Notes: a model not told the origin generated them from the letters alone. Numbered from the stretch's first letter, positions 1-10,255 are shown. The stretch: 64,000 bases of DNA from Terriglobia bacterium (GCA_965198225.1 CBDAOY010000006.1:96001-160000); one strand, 5' to 3'. A program made the numbers and translations.

Positions 1-525
1 GAAGCCATGCCTGCCGCGATCGACCAGGCCGAAGGGTTGCTCCGACGCAGGCAGGGACTCGCCTACGACAAGCCGAACGACTTCGCCGTCTTCACGCAGG
101 ACGCCTTTACGGATCTCTGGAACCAAGTATCAGGGGGCATTTTCGCGGTCATGCTGGCGATATCGTCGGTCGCACTGATGGTCGGCGGTGTGGGGGTGAT
201 GAACATCATGCTCGTCTCGGTCACGGAACGGACCAAAGAAATCGGCATCCGGAAGGCGATCGGCGCAACCCGCCGGACCATCATGATCCAGTTCCTGCTC
301 GAAGCGGTGTGCCTGACGACGCTCGGGGGCATACTGGGCATCGGTGCGGGAGCGCTCGTAACCAGCGGAATCCGCGCAGCCGCGCCCTTCCTGCCCGCCG
401 CGATGTCGCCCTTCTGGGTCGCGCTGGGGTTTTCGACATCAGTCGCAGTCGGCCTGATATTCGGTCTGTACCCAGCCTATAAGGCCGCCAAACTGGACCC
501 GATAGAAGCGTTACGGTATGAGTAG
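1..525 (+). CDS. ABC transporter permease, MacB/FtsX family (3' part, 5'-truncated by window edge)
   Basis: [28 protein letters not shown] and C-terminal [13 protein letters not shown] motifs. Confidence 0.93.
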   Translation, partial: EAMPAAIDQAEGLLRRRQGLAYDKPNDFAVFTQDAFTDLWNQVSGGIFAVMLAISSVALMVGGVGVMNIMLVSVTERTKEIGIRKAIGATRRTIMIQFLLEAVCLTTLGGILGIGAGALVTSGIRAAAPFLPAAMSPFWVALGFSTSVAVGLIFGLYPAYKAAKLDPIEALRYE

Positions 526-533
526 GCCCGTTG

Positions 534-603
534 GTGTAGGTGCGGTCTATGACCGCACATTGTTTGGGGTCGAGGAGTGTGCGCTCATAGAGCGCACCTA
601 CAC
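534..603. repeat. REPIN-like doublet (two inverted GTAG REPs), family A
   Basis: GTGTAGGTGCGGTCTATGACCGCAC ... GTGCGCTCATAGAGCGCACCTACAC, between convergent genes. Confidence 0.9.
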
Positions 604-627
604 TCGCTTGTCACTCGTGACTCCTGC

Positions 628-1311
628 CTACCCCAGATTCGTTTTCAGAAACGCCACCGCTCGATTCCAGGCGTCACCAGCGTTGGATTCGTCATACACC
701 TCCGGCCGCGTGTCGTTGAAGAAGGCGTGGTCGCAGTCGGGGTACCGGACGACTTCCCCGGGCTTGCCTTTCTCAGACAGGTGGGCGCCCAGCCGGTCGA
801 CTTCGTCTTTCGTGATCCACTGATCCTTCCCGGCATAGATGTAGAGAACCGGAGAATTGAGCCCGTCCAGGATATCGTTGCCGGGCACCTGGCCATAGAA
901 GGGAACGGCGGCAGCCACGCTGGAGTCGTGGATGGGAAGCATCAGCGAGTAGGAGCCGCCCATGCAGAATCCGATGACGCCGATCTTTTCGATGCCTTCC
1001 AGACGGATGAACCTGACCGCGGCACCAAGCCTGGCAAGCGCCTCCTGCTGGTTCAAGCCAATCATCATCGATCCGGCAACCTCGGCGTCGGTAGTGACTC
1101 GCCCGTCGAACAGGTCGGGAGCGATTGTGACGAAACCCTCCGACGCCAAACGATTCGCGACGTCGCGAATGTGGTCGTTCAACCCCCACCACTCATGGAC
1201 GACCACAACGGCCGGGAACCCGTCTTCGGGCTCGGGTGTGGCGATGAACGCCTCGATCTCGCTTCCATCGAAGGGAATGTTGGCCTCACGAGTGACGACT
1301 GCTCCTGCCAT
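628..1311 (-). CDS. Dienelactone hydrolase family protein
   Basis: HEWWGLN, GFCMGG nucleophile, D...HAFFND catalytic residues. Confidence 0.92.
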   Translation of the reverse strand: MAGAVVTREANIPFDGSEIEAFIATPEPEDGFPAVVVVHEWWGLNDHIRDVANRLASEGFVTIAPDLFDGRVTTDAEVAGSMMIGLNQQEALARLGAAVRFIRLEGIEKIGVIGFCMGGSYSLMLPIHDSSVAAAVPFYGQVPGNDILDGLNSPVLYIYAGKDQWITKDEVDRLGAHLSEKGKPGEVVRYPDCDHAFFNDTRPEVYDESNAGDAWNRAVAFLKTNLG

Positions 1312-1703
1312 TGGTGCCTCCTGTTAGAGAATCCACCCAAAATAGGTTTGTTGAAATCTTTGGGCAGGCGATCAGCCATCAGCTGACGGCACACTTGACC
1401 CTCACACGTCTGAGAGCAGAATTTCTCAAACCTGAAGATCAAGCGTCTATCGCGTGTTGAACCAGCGGGATTCTAACCCATCCTCCGGCCGAACTCCCGT
1501 AGAATAGGTCACGGCGCCTACCCAAGAAATAGTTGAATCCGGGTAGGCGATCAGCTGTCAGCTTTCGGCTTTCAGCTTGTCGATTGCAAGCGAGCGTCAA
1601 CGAGTTTCTTTGCTACGAGCTAAGCGCTGACAGCACGCTTGCTCCCCGGAATGTGAGAGCAATGTTCCCGAAGTGAGAGATCAGGCGTCTTAAGGGGGAA
1701 GTT

Positions 1704-2054
1704 GTGGGCGAGCAAGATATGGACAAAGAGGATCTATTCATCGAAGCGGTCGAATTCTTCGGTGAGGAGAAGCTCGAGGAAGCCATCGCAAGCTACGGTA
1801 GGGCTCTGGAAATCGACCCGACCTACCAGGACGCGCTGCACGGTCTGGCCCGGGCGCAATTCGATCATGGGCAGGTCGATGAGGCGATCGCGACCGCCAA
1901 GCGCCTGACCGAGATCGATGCCGACGACGTCCTCGCGCATACGAGCCTCTCGATGTTCTACCAGGCCAAGGGAATGATCGAAGAGGCCGAGAAGGAAGGT
2001 AACGTCGCACGGGTGCTCGGCTGGAAGCAGGAGCTGAGGGAAGGCGGGGAATGA
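1704..2054 (+). CDS. Tetratricopeptide repeat protein (start 1704 GTG or 1719 ATG)
   Basis: TPR pattern EAIASYGRALEIDP...ALHGLARA...AHTSLSMFY. Confidence 0.8.
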   Translation: MGEQDMDKEDLFIEAVEFFGEEKLEEAIASYGRALEIDPTYQDALHGLARAQFDHGQVDEAIATAKRLTEIDADDVLAHTSLSMFYQAKGMIEEAEKEGNVARVLGWKQELREGGE

Positions 2055-2172
2055 AGGAAAACCAAGAGACGCGATATCTTCTTTGTTATCTGTCGAATAA
2101 GTGATATTCCTTGCCCAGGTCCCGCGCCGGTCCGCGCTATGGAGGCTCTCGGTCCGGCTCCGGCGTGCGACG

Positions 2173-2202
2173 TTGACTTTTAGAAGCGCCGAAGAATAGA
2201 CT
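2173..2202 (+). promoter_or_regulatory. Putative sigma70 promoter of the pilB-like gene
   Basis: TTGACT-N18-TAGACT upstream of ATG 2235. Confidence 0.5.
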
Positions 2203-2234
2203 ACTTTTATCGAAGTAGGTTCACAGCGGGATTC

Positions 2235-4325
2235 ATGTCCACGACGATTACCGAGTCCGATCCACTCGTCGGCTTTCTCAAGAACGTCAGCCTGTTTGCC
2301 GATCTGCCGGAAGAGAGCCTGGCGAAGCTCGGCACCTGCCTGAAAACAACGGACTTTCCCCCTTCGGAAACGATCATGCGCGAGGGCGCGCCAGGCGTGT
2401 CGATGTACGTCATCAAGGACGGCCTGGTTGAGGTCCGAAAGAAGGATCCGGTCACCGGCATCGACTTCCTGGTCGCCCAGCTCGGCGAGGGAGCCGCGGT
2501 CGGAGAGATGTCATTGCTGACCGGCAAGCCGCGCTCGGCGAGCGTGACGACCGTCGAACCGACCTCGGTCTACACTCTGACCCGGACCGATTTTCGCAAC
2601 CTTCTGACACAATACCCGGAAATTTCCCTAGGACTCGCCAGGGTCCTGGCCGACCGCCTCGAAGAAGCCAACAAGCAGGTTGGTGTCGAATTCGTCAGCC
2701 TGACCAAGAACATCAACTTCGATCCAAAAGTGGTCGGCCTGGTCCCGCAAAACATCCTGATGCAGCACAAGGTCGTCCCGATCGCATACGGGAACAACGC
2801 GCTGACTCTCGCGATGGTCAACCCGTCGAACCTGGTCGCCTTCGACGATGTTCGCCGGTACGTGAAAGGCATCATCATCGAGCCACGGGTCTGCACCGAG
2901 GACGAATTCAACAAGTTCATGATCGCAGAATACCCGAAGCTCATGAACGTCGAGGAGGAAGTCGACGAAGCGCAGAAGGAAAAGGAAGCCGAGCGACGCC
3001 GCAGAGACATAGAGAGGAAGAAGAAGGAAAAGCAGGAAGTCGCCGCGGTCCAGCAGCCCCAACAAAGCCTCGAAGATCTCGAGGCGGAGATTCTGGGCGG
3101 TATCGAAGTGCAGGAGGAAGTGGAAGAGAAGCCATCGGACATGGAGTTGCAGTCGGCTTCGGGAGACGCGCCGGTCGTCCGCCTGGCGAACAATATCCTC
3201 GCTCTGTCTATCAAGGAAGGGGCCAGCGACATCCACATCGAACCCCAGGAAACCGGCGTGCGGCTCCGCCTCCGCGTCGACGGTGTGCTGCGAGTCCAGA
3301 ATGTCCTGTCGCGGAAGATCATGCTTCCGCTCATTTCTCGCTTCAAGATTCTTTCCAGGCTCGACATCTCAGAACGACGGCTCCCGCAGGACGGCCGCAT
3401 CTCGATCAAGATCGACGATCGGGCCATCGACTTCCGCGTCTCGACAGTACCGGCGAAGTTCGGGGAGAAGATCGTCATGCGCGTTCTCGACAAGAGCGCG
3501 TCGCTGCTGCCGCTGGACAAGATCATCAACCATCAGGAAAGCATGGAGAAAGTCCGGTGGATGATCAACCAGCCATACGGGATCATCTACGTGACGGGCC
3601 CGACCGGGTCCGGCAAGACCACGTCGCTTTACAGTTCCCTCGGCGAGATCAACTCGCCTGGCACCAACATCTCGACGGCTGAAGACCCGATCGAGTACGA
3701 CCTGGAAGGCGTCAACCAGATCCAGACCCACAAGCTAATCGGCCTGGATTTCGCCCGAGTCCTGCGAGCCTTCCTGCGGCAGGACCCCGACATCATCCTC
3801 GTAGGTGAGACGCGAGACCGTGAGACGGCGGGAATCGCGGTAGAAGCAGCTCTGACAGGCCACCTGGTGTTCACGACCCTCCACACCAACGACGCACCTG
3901 GTGCGTTCACCCGCCTGGAAGAGATGGGCGTGGAGCCGTTCCTGATGTCGAGTTCGACGATCGGTATCCTGGCCCAGCGGCTGGCGCGTCGAATCTGCAC
4001 GAACTGCAAGGAAGCGGTGAAGCCCGACGAGGCGACGGCGAAGTACTTCGGCTACGACATGAACGACCTTCCGAACTTCTACAAGGGAAAAGGTTGCGAC
4101 AAGTGCGGGGGCACAGGATACAAAGGCCGTGTCGGTGTCTACGAAGTCCTGATCATGAACGACGAACTCCGCCGCCTGGTTTCCTCGGGCGCGAAATCGG
4201 ACGAAGTTCGCGACTGCGCCGTCAAGAGCGGGATGATGACGCTCCAGAAGTACGCCGAATTCCTGCTGAAGGAAGGGCTGACCACCGTCGAGGCCGTGCT
4301 GGGCGTGATCTCGATAGCCGAGTAG
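2235..4325 (+). CDS. pilB: Type IV pilus/T2SS extension ATPase (PilB/GspE family) with N-terminal cyclic-nucleotide-binding domain
   Basis: cNMP cassette GEMSLLTGKPRSASV; ASDIHIEP, RRLPQDGR, Walker A GPTGSGKT, Walker B region LRQDPDIILVGE, His box TGHLVFTTLH, CxxC...CxxC zinc site. Confidence 0.9.
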   Translation: MSTTITESDPLVGFLKNVSLFADLPEESLAKLGTCLKTTDFPPSETIMREGAPGVSMYVIKDGLVEVRKKDPVTGIDFLVAQLGEGAAVGEMSLLTGKPRSASVTTVEPTSVYTLTRTDFRNLLTQYPEISLGLARVLADRLEEANKQVGVEFVSLTKNINFDPKVVGLVPQNILMQHKVVPIAYGNNALTLAMVNPSNLVAFDDVRRYVKGIIIEPRVCTEDEFNKFMIAEYPKLMNVEEEVDEAQKEKEAERRRRDIERKKKEKQEVAAVQQPQQSLEDLEAEILGGIEVQEEVEEKPSDMELQSASGDAPVVRLANNILALSIKEGASDIHIEPQETGVRLRLRVDGVLRVQNVLSRKIMLPLISRFKILSRLDISERRLPQDGRISIKIDDRAIDFRVSTVPAKFGEKIVMRVLDKSASLLPLDKIINHQESMEKVRWMINQPYGIIYVTGPTGSGKTTSLYSSLGEINSPGTNISTAEDPIEYDLEGVNQIQTHKLIGLDFARVLRAFLRQDPDIILVGETRDRETAGIAVEAALTGHLVFTTLHTNDAPGAFTRLEEMGVEPFLMSSSTIGILAQRLARRICTNCKEAVKPDEATAKYFGYDMNDLPNFYKGKGCDKCGGTGYKGRVGVYEVLIMNDELRRLVSSGAKSDEVRDCAVKSGMMTLQKYAEFLLKEGLTTVEAVLGVISIAE

Positions 4326-4330
4326 GGGAA

Positions 4331-4460
4331 TCGTAGGCCGTTGGCCGTCACCCCCTTCACTGCACTCCGGAAAGTATCGCTCCCTTAGGTCGTAGGCCGT
4401 TGGCCGTTGCCCACTTCACTCCATTCCGTAAAGTATCGCTCCCTTAGGTCGTAGGCCGTT
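4331..4460 (+). repeat. 59-bp tandem repeat (two full units plus a partial)
   Basis: Units start at 4331, 4390, 4449 (TCGTAGGCCGTT...AAAGTATCGCTCCCTTAGG). Confidence 0.9.
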
Positions 4461-4659
4461 TGGGCCCTTCGGGCCCGGTACAGGTGGGCGTGTTGTCTGT
4501 ACTTCTCTACCGCTGAGCGAACAATAGGCTATGAGAGTCGTGCTGGTCAGTCCCAACGGACAACGGCCTACGAGCGGCTCGCTAAAACGAAGGCTTGCGG
4601 AAGGAAAGTTGGGTTAGCTTGGACCCACAACGGCCTACGGGCCCGTAGGGCCCAACGGC

Positions 4660-5721
4660 CTACGTCTTCACGCCGAGAGGCGTCTCCGCGCGGATGAACT
4701 CTTCATACTTCACGACGTCGTCGTGGCTTCCGATGATCAGGGGTACCCGTTGCTGCAGCGACGTGGGTTCGATATCCAGGATCCGCTCCCTGCCGGTCGT
4801 GGCCATCCCCCCCGCCTGTTCGGCGACCAACGCCAGGGGGGCACCCTCGTAAAGCAGCCTCAGCTTCGCCTTAGGACCCGGGTATAGGAAGATCCCGCCC
4901 TTGAGTAGGTTCCGGTGGAAGTCGGCGACGAGAGATCCGATGTAGCGCATGGAGTAAGGCCGGCCTGTTGCTTCATCTTCTTCCTTCAGGTAGGCAACGT
5001 ATCTCTTCGTCCCTTCGTCCCACTTCTTGAGGTTGCCTTCGTTGATGCTGTAGATCTTGCCTCGCTTTGGCGTACGTATGTTTTCGTGAGAGAGCAGAAA
5101 CTCGCCCAGCGCCGGATCGAGTGTGAACCCGTGGACACCGTTGCCGGTCGTGTAAACCATCATGCTGCTCGACCCGTAGATGAAATACCCGGCGGCGACT
5201 TGCTTGAAGCCGGGCTGGAGACAGTCTGCCGCGGTTCCGTCGTCGCCATCGGATACCTTTCGGTGGATGGAGAAGATCGTGCCGATGCTCGTGTTGACGT
5301 CGATGTTGGAGGAGCCGTCAAGCGGGTCGAAAAGAACAACGTACTTCCCCTTCTGGCCGCCCTCCGGTATCGGGATGATGCCCTCCGACTCTTCTGATGC
5401 CATAACGCAGACGCGACCGCAATTGCCGAGGGCTTGACAGATCATCCGCTGGGCGAAGTCGTCGAGTTTCATGACCGTCTCGCCGTAGACATTTACGCTA
5501 TCGGTCTCGCCCAGCACTGTCTTTGCAAGTCCAGCGCGATTCACATCGCGTGAGATGATCTTGGCTGCCACGATCAGACTAGTCATCAGGTCGGTAAAGT
5601 CGCCGCTCACGCCGGGATGCCGGCGCTGCTCGTCGAGAATGTGTTGCTGGACCGTCTTAATCGGATTCATTGCTTTTCTCTGTTTAGTAGCCCCCAAGCT
5701 CCCGAAACCGGTGGTCGTCAT
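4660..5721 (-). CDS. fbp: Class 1 fructose-1,6-bisphosphatase (start 5721 or 5670)
   Basis: [38 protein letters not shown]. Confidence 0.96.
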   Translation of the reverse strand: MTTTGFGSLGATKQRKAMNPIKTVQQHILDEQRRHPGVSGDFTDLMTSLIVAAKIISRDVNRAGLAKTVLGETDSVNVYGETVMKLDDFAQRMICQALGNCGRVCVMASEESEGIIPIPEGGQKGKYVVLFDPLDGSSNIDVNTSIGTIFSIHRKVSDGDDGTAADCLQPGFKQVAAGYFIYGSSSMMVYTTGNGVHGFTLDPALGEFLLSHENIRTPKRGKIYSINEGNLKKWDEGTKRYVAYLKEEDEATGRPYSMRYIGSLVADFHRNLLKGGIFLYPGPKAKLRLLYEGAPLALVAEQAGGMATTGRERILDIEPTSLQQRVPLIIGSHDDVVKYEEFIRAETPLGVKT

Positions 5722-6749
5722 TCGGTAGGTTCCCCAAGCAGTTGTTCAACTTCCTGCCGCAGCCTTGCCAACTCTTTCGCCATTTTCGGAAGCCTGGATA
5801 TGTACGCCTGCTGGACTTTGATGTCTTTCAGGGGTCTTGCCGGCGTTCCCCAGAACACCTCGCCGGCGCGAATGCGCTTTCCGCTCGGGATGCCACATTG
5901 CGCACCGACGACAGCCCCGTCGTCGATCCGGACATGATCCGCTACGCCAACCTGTCCGGCCAGCACGGCATCGGCGCCGACCGTGCAACTGCCCGATATC
6001 CCCGTCTGAGCCGCGATGACAGTGGCACCCCCCACGCTCACGTTGTGCGCGACATGGCACAGGTTGTCCAGCTTGGTGCCTTTCCCGATGACGGTCGACC
6101 CAAGCGAGCCACGGTCGATGCAGGTGCCCGCACCGATTTCGACGTCGTCTTCGACGACGAGCCGGCCCATCTGGGGAAACTTTACATATCCGTCACCGTC
6201 TCGAACGTACCCGAAACCGTCGGAACCGATCACCGCTCCGGCGTGGACAACGACTCGGTCACCCAGGCGGGATCCGGCATAGAGCACCACGTTGGCATGG
6301 AGCCGGCAACCCACACCGATCCGGCACCCCTCTGCAATATAACACCCAGCCTGGACGGCGGTGGACTCTCCGACTTCGACACCCTCTTCGATCACGCACC
6401 ACGGCCCGATGCTGACATCATCACCGAGCACCACGTTCTGGCCAACGACCGCCGTGGGGTGGACACCCGGTTCCGGACGCCGCTCGGGGAACAGCCAGTA
6501 CGCGGCACGTGCGAATGCAGCCTTCGGATTCGCCACGGCAATCGTCGTCCGGGACCCGAAATCTCCTTCGGGAACCAGGACGCAGGCCGCACTGCTTGCG
6601 GATACGCGATCCAGGTAGCGCGACTCTGCGTAGCTCAGGTCCCCGGGGCCTGCGTCCTCCAGGCTCGCAACACCTTCGATGACGGCGGCAGAATCTCCCG
6701 ACACCTCAACGCCGAGAAAATCTGCAACTTCTCCAGCAGTTCGCTTCAT
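5718..6749 (-). CDS. lpxD: UDP-3-O-(3-hydroxyacyl)glucosamine N-acyltransferase
   Basis: Hexapeptide repeats, [25 protein letters not shown]. Confidence 0.95.
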   Translation of the reverse strand: MKRTAGEVADFLGVEVSGDSAAVIEGVASLEDAGPGDLSYAESRYLDRVSASSAACVLVPEGDFGSRTTIAVANPKAAFARAAYWLFPERRPEPGVHPTAVVGQNVVLGDDVSIGPWCVIEEGVEVGESTAVQAGCYIAEGCRIGVGCRLHANVVLYAGSRLGDRVVVHAGAVIGSDGFGYVRDGDGYVKFPQMGRLVVEDDVEIGAGTCIDRGSLGSTVIGKGTKLDNLCHVAHNVSVGGATVIAAQTGISGSCTVGADAVLAGQVGVADHVRIDDGAVVGAQCGIPSGKRIRAGEVFWGTPARPLKDIKVQQAYISRLPKMAKELARLRQEVEQLLGEPTE

Positions 6750-8041
6750 GGTCTTCTCCGAATATATTCGATTACCTGGGTGGCGGAGCGACGGCCCCGC
6801 TCCATTGAACCAGGCACCGACACACCATCAAAGTAACTTCCCGTCAGAAAGAGGCCCGGCACCTGCGCCGCCAGCGACGAGACACCATCCGCCCACCGTC
6901 GATGCCCGAGCCGATACTGCGGAATAGCTCGCTGCCAGCGGAACATCGCTACCTCTTCGAGATCCACTGAGAGGGATAATACGTGCCGAAGCTCCGAGTT
7001 GACAGTATCGCGGATTCGGTCGTCGGACCAGCCGGATACCTCGGGCTCGAGGGCGCCACCGATGAAACTCGTAAGCAGGGCGCGCCCTGGGGGCGCGCGT
7101 CCCGGAAAGAGGCTGGAGCTGAACAGCGTCCCCAGGATGTGAAGCTTCTCGCTCCGCGGAATGAGAAAGCCAAACCCGTCGAGGGGACGGGAAAGGTGTC
7201 GCTCATCGAGCGACATCGCAGCCACCACCATCGGCGCGTATGTTGCGCCGGCGAGCAGATCGGCCAGCGGGGCCGATACCGGACGGATCAGGCTGGCTGC
7301 GACGTAGGCCGGGACGGCCAGAACAAGGGCTTTCGGGCGGTTCGCCTCACCGCCCCAGGCGACCCTCAGATCCTCGTCCAGGCGCATGTCCCTGACGCCG
7401 CAGCGAACATCAAGGTTCTCCGACAGGCGGAGCGGGAGCGTCTCCATGCCGTTGTTGAATGACGAGAGCTTCGACCTTGGTCCCGAACGCGGCGTGCGAA
7501 TCATGCCGACGACCACACTGCGGTACCGCTTTTCGAGCTCGGCCATGCGTGGGAAGGTCGCCTCCAGGCTCAGTTGCTGCGTGTCCCCGGCATAGATTCC
7601 CGTCACAAACGGCGCAGCGAGACGGTCGTGCACCTGTTTGCCGAACCGACGCGTGAAGAACGAGGCAAGCGTTTCCTCCTCCTCCCTGCCGCGGGGTACG
7701 AACGGCTCCATGGCGGCGCGGAACATCCCCCCAAGGGAAAGGACCGACAACGGAACCTTCCGCAGGCGACCCTTGACATAAACGTACCGGGGAGAGCGAG
7801 GTGGCGCCGTCACTACTTCCCCGTCGAGACCGGCCTCGTGGATGATCGCCGTCGCCTCGGGGGTCGGCAGGATCGAATTCGGCCCGGACTCCACGAGATA
7901 CCCGTCCCTCCGATGGCTGCGTATCACACCTCCGACGCGGGGAGCAGCCTCCAGAACGAGCACATCGACTCCGGCACGCCGGAGATCCGAGGCGCAGACC
8001 AGGCCGGATATTCCAGCTCCGACAACGATGACGTCAGGCAT
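6746..8041 (-). CDS. hemY: Protoporphyrinogen/coproporphyrinogen oxidase (HemY type)
   Basis: GAGISGL FAD motif, ESGPNS, GIYAGD, GFGFL, AIPQY; clustered with hemH and hemE. Confidence 0.92.
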   Translation of the reverse strand: MPDVIVVGAGISGLVCASDLRRAGVDVLVLEAAPRVGGVIRSHRRDGYLVESGPNSILPTPEATAIIHEAGLDGEVVTAPPRSPRYVYVKGRLRKVPLSVLSLGGMFRAAMEPFVPRGREEEETLASFFTRRFGKQVHDRLAAPFVTGIYAGDTQQLSLEATFPRMAELEKRYRSVVVGMIRTPRSGPRSKLSSFNNGMETLPLRLSENLDVRCGVRDMRLDEDLRVAWGGEANRPKALVLAVPAYVAASLIRPVSAPLADLLAGATYAPMVVAAMSLDERHLSRPLDGFGFLIPRSEKLHILGTLFSSSLFPGRAPPGRALLTSFIGGALEPEVSGWSDDRIRDTVNSELRHVLSLSVDLEEVAMFRWQRAIPQYRLGHRRWADGVSSLAAQVPGLFLTGSYFDGVSVPGSMERGRRSATQVIEYIRRRP

Positions 8042-8100
8042 GGTGAAGAAGCAGATCGTAAGCCGTAGGCCGTAGGCCGTTGTCGCGGAGACGGAACCGA

Positions 8101-8155
8101 CTCCCCTCCTTGACTAAGGAGGGGTGGATGCACCGAAGGTGCAGACGGGGTGGTT
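8101..8155. repeat. Double-hairpin intergenic element
   Basis: CCCCTCCTT-GACT-AAGGAGGGG followed by TGCACC-GAA-GGTGCA. Confidence 0.6.
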
Positions 8156-8164
8156 GACCACTCA

Positions 8165-9139
8165 TCACTCGTCACCTCCCGTTGCTTCCTCCACGATCTC
8201 GCGCAGCGCTCTTATGAAAGTGGGATCGCAGTTGAGGGCGGGCACGCGGCGGAACTCGCTGATGCCGGCATCAGCGGCAACTTTCTTGTAAAGGATGTCC
8301 AGCTCGTAGAGCGTCTCGATGTGTTCGGACACGAAACTGATGGGGACGACGAGAACCTCCTGTACCTCCTGGATTCCCAGCTCGACGAGGGCGTCGTTAG
8401 TCGAAGGTTCCAGCCACTTGACCGGGCCGATCTTGCTCTGGAACGAAAGACGGTACGGATTCTTTCTCCCGAGCCTGTCGGCGATCAACTCGACTGTCTC
8501 CCGAGTCTGATCCAGGTAGGGATCTCCTTCCCGGACGTAGCGCTCCGGAATGCTGTGGGCACTGAACAGGATCTGGACGTTGTTGGGATCCTTGAACTTC
8601 GCGAGTTCCTTGCGGATCAGGTCCGTGAAGGCTTCCAGGTACGTCGGTTGATCGTGCCAGGAGGATATCCATTGCACCTCCAGTCCGCCCAGTCCGCCCC
8701 GGTGCGCAATCAACTTCTTCAACGTTGAAAACCCCGATCCGGTTGTCGTGACCGAAAACTGCGGAAACAGGGGGAGAACGACGAGACGGTCGACGTCGGA
8801 GTGCTCGACCCGGTCGAGTGTCTCGTCAAAGAACGGGTGCCAGGCACACATGCCGACGAACGTTTCGACCTGCTTTCCCGCCCACCGCATCTCGGCGGCC
8901 AACGCGTCGGCCTGCTCCCCGGTGATGCGCTTCAGTGGCGAACCGCCTCCGATTTGTCGGTAGTATCCCTGCGACCGCCGGCGCCGTAGGGTCGCGATCG
9001 TGTAGGCGACAGCTCTTCTTAACGCGGCCGAACGAATCCGGATGATCTCCGGGTCGGAAAACAGGCTGTAGAGGAAGGGTTTGACCTCGTCGAGGGTCTC
9101 GGGGCCGCCGAGGTTGAATAGTAAAATACCCGTTTTCAT
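8165..9139 (-). CDS. hemH: Ferrochelatase
   Basis: LFNLGGP, IGGGSPL, FSAHSIP, WLEP, FVSEHIETLYELD. Confidence 0.96.
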   Translation of the reverse strand: MKTGILLFNLGGPETLDEVKPFLYSLFSDPEIIRIRSAALRRAVAYTIATLRRRRSQGYYRQIGGGSPLKRITGEQADALAAEMRWAGKQVETFVGMCAWHPFFDETLDRVEHSDVDRLVVLPLFPQFSVTTTGSGFSTLKKLIAHRGGLGGLEVQWISSWHDQPTYLEAFTDLIRKELAKFKDPNNVQILFSAHSIPERYVREGDPYLDQTRETVELIADRLGRKNPYRLSFQSKIGPVKWLEPSTNDALVELGIQEVQEVLVVPISFVSEHIETLYELDILYKKVAADAGISEFRRVPALNCDPTFIRALREIVEEATGGDE

Positions 9140-9147
9140 GTTGAAGA

Positions 9148-9238
9148 AGTTGTCCGTAGGCCGTTGTCAGTAGGCCGTTGTCGGAGCGAAAATACGGCCC
9201 GTGATTCCAACTGGCAACTGACTACTGGCAACTGACTA
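9148..9238. repeat. Inverted heptamer arrays
   Basis: AGTTGTC CGTAGGC CGTTGTC AGTAGGC CGTTGTC (9148-9182) facing CTGGCAA CTGACTA CTGGCAA CTGACTA (9211-9238). Confidence 0.8.
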
Positions 9239-10255
9239 CTCCCTCTGGTAATTCTTCGCAAACTCGATGAAGGCTCGGGCATTTTCCACCGGGGTCGGCG
9301 GCAGAATGCCGTGCCCCAGATTCAGGATGTGTCCGCGAGGGCCGGCCTGTTCGAGTATCTCGCGGGTTCGGGCCAGCATGTGCTCTGTGTCGCCGAGGAG
9401 CAGGCATGGGTCCAGGTTGCCCTGAAGCGCGACATCGTCTCCGACTCGACGTCGGATCTCACCGATCGGAGTCCGCCAGTCGACGCTGAGAACATCGGCC
9501 CCGGACGTGGCCATCGCCTCTGCCAGGCTGGATGTTCCGTTCAGGTAGAGGATCCGGGGGACGCTGTCTCCGATCGCGTCGAAGATCCGGCGCGTGTAGG
9601 GCAACGCCAGTTCTTCGTAGTCCGGCCGGCTCAACTCTCCCGCCCAGGAATCAAAGAGCTGTACTACCTGGGCGCCGGCCTCGATCTGGAAGCGGAGGTA
9701 CGCAGTGATCGTCTCGGCCAGTTTCTCCATTAGCCGGTGGAACAAGCCGGGCTCACGGAAGGCCATCCCCTTGATCTCCATATAGTTCTTCGAACCCCGA
9801 CCCTCCACCATGTACGCCGCCAGTGTCCACGGGGCCCCGGCGAACCCGATAAGCGGCACCGCATCTTCCAGTTCCCTGCGGAGCGTCCCGAGAATGGTTC
9901 CCACGAACGCCAACTCGCTCGACGGGTCAGGTATCGCGAGTCGATCGACGTCCGCCTGCGATCGCACGGGATTGCCGATCTCCGGTCCCTTGTCGGTCAG
10001 TTCCACCTGGATGCCCATCGCTTCGACGGGTATCAGGATGTCGGAGAAGACGATCACCGCGTCGACTCCGAGGATCCGGTAAGGCTGGAGCGAAACCTCG
10101 ACAGCCAGCTCCGTCGTCTTACACAGGGTGAGGAAAGGAACATCTTTCCGGATGTCCCGGTACTCCTTCAGGTATCGACCGGCCTGTCGCATCATCCAAA
10201 CCGGAGTGCGCGGCACACTCTCGCGACGGCAAGCTCTCAGTATTAGATCGTTCAT
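9236..10255 (-). CDS. hemE: Uroporphyrinogen decarboxylase
   Basis: PVWMMRQAGRYL, FSDIL, GFAGAPWT, LNLGHGI; ATG 10255 chosen as start. Confidence 0.96.
   Translation of the reverse strand: MNDLILRACRRESVPRTPVWMMRQAGRYLKEYRDIRKDVPFLTLCKTTELAVEVSLQPYRILGVDAVIVFSDILIPVEAMGIQVELTDKGPEIGNPVRSQADVDRLAIPDPSSELAFVGTILGTLRRELEDAVPLIGFAGAPWTLAAYMVEGRGSKNYMEIKGMAFREPGLFHRLMEKLAETITAYLRFQIEAGAQVVQLFDSWAGELSRPDYEELALPYTRRIFDAIGDSVPRILYLNGTSSLAEAMATSGADVLSVDWRTPIGEIRRRVGDDVALQGNLDPCLLLGDTEHMLARTREILEQAGPRGHILNLGHGILPPTPVENARAFIEFAKNYQRE

Noticed and set aside
4331-4460. Possible mini CRISPR array
   Set aside because: The would-be spacers closely resemble each other, so this is a tandem duplication; no cas genes in the window.
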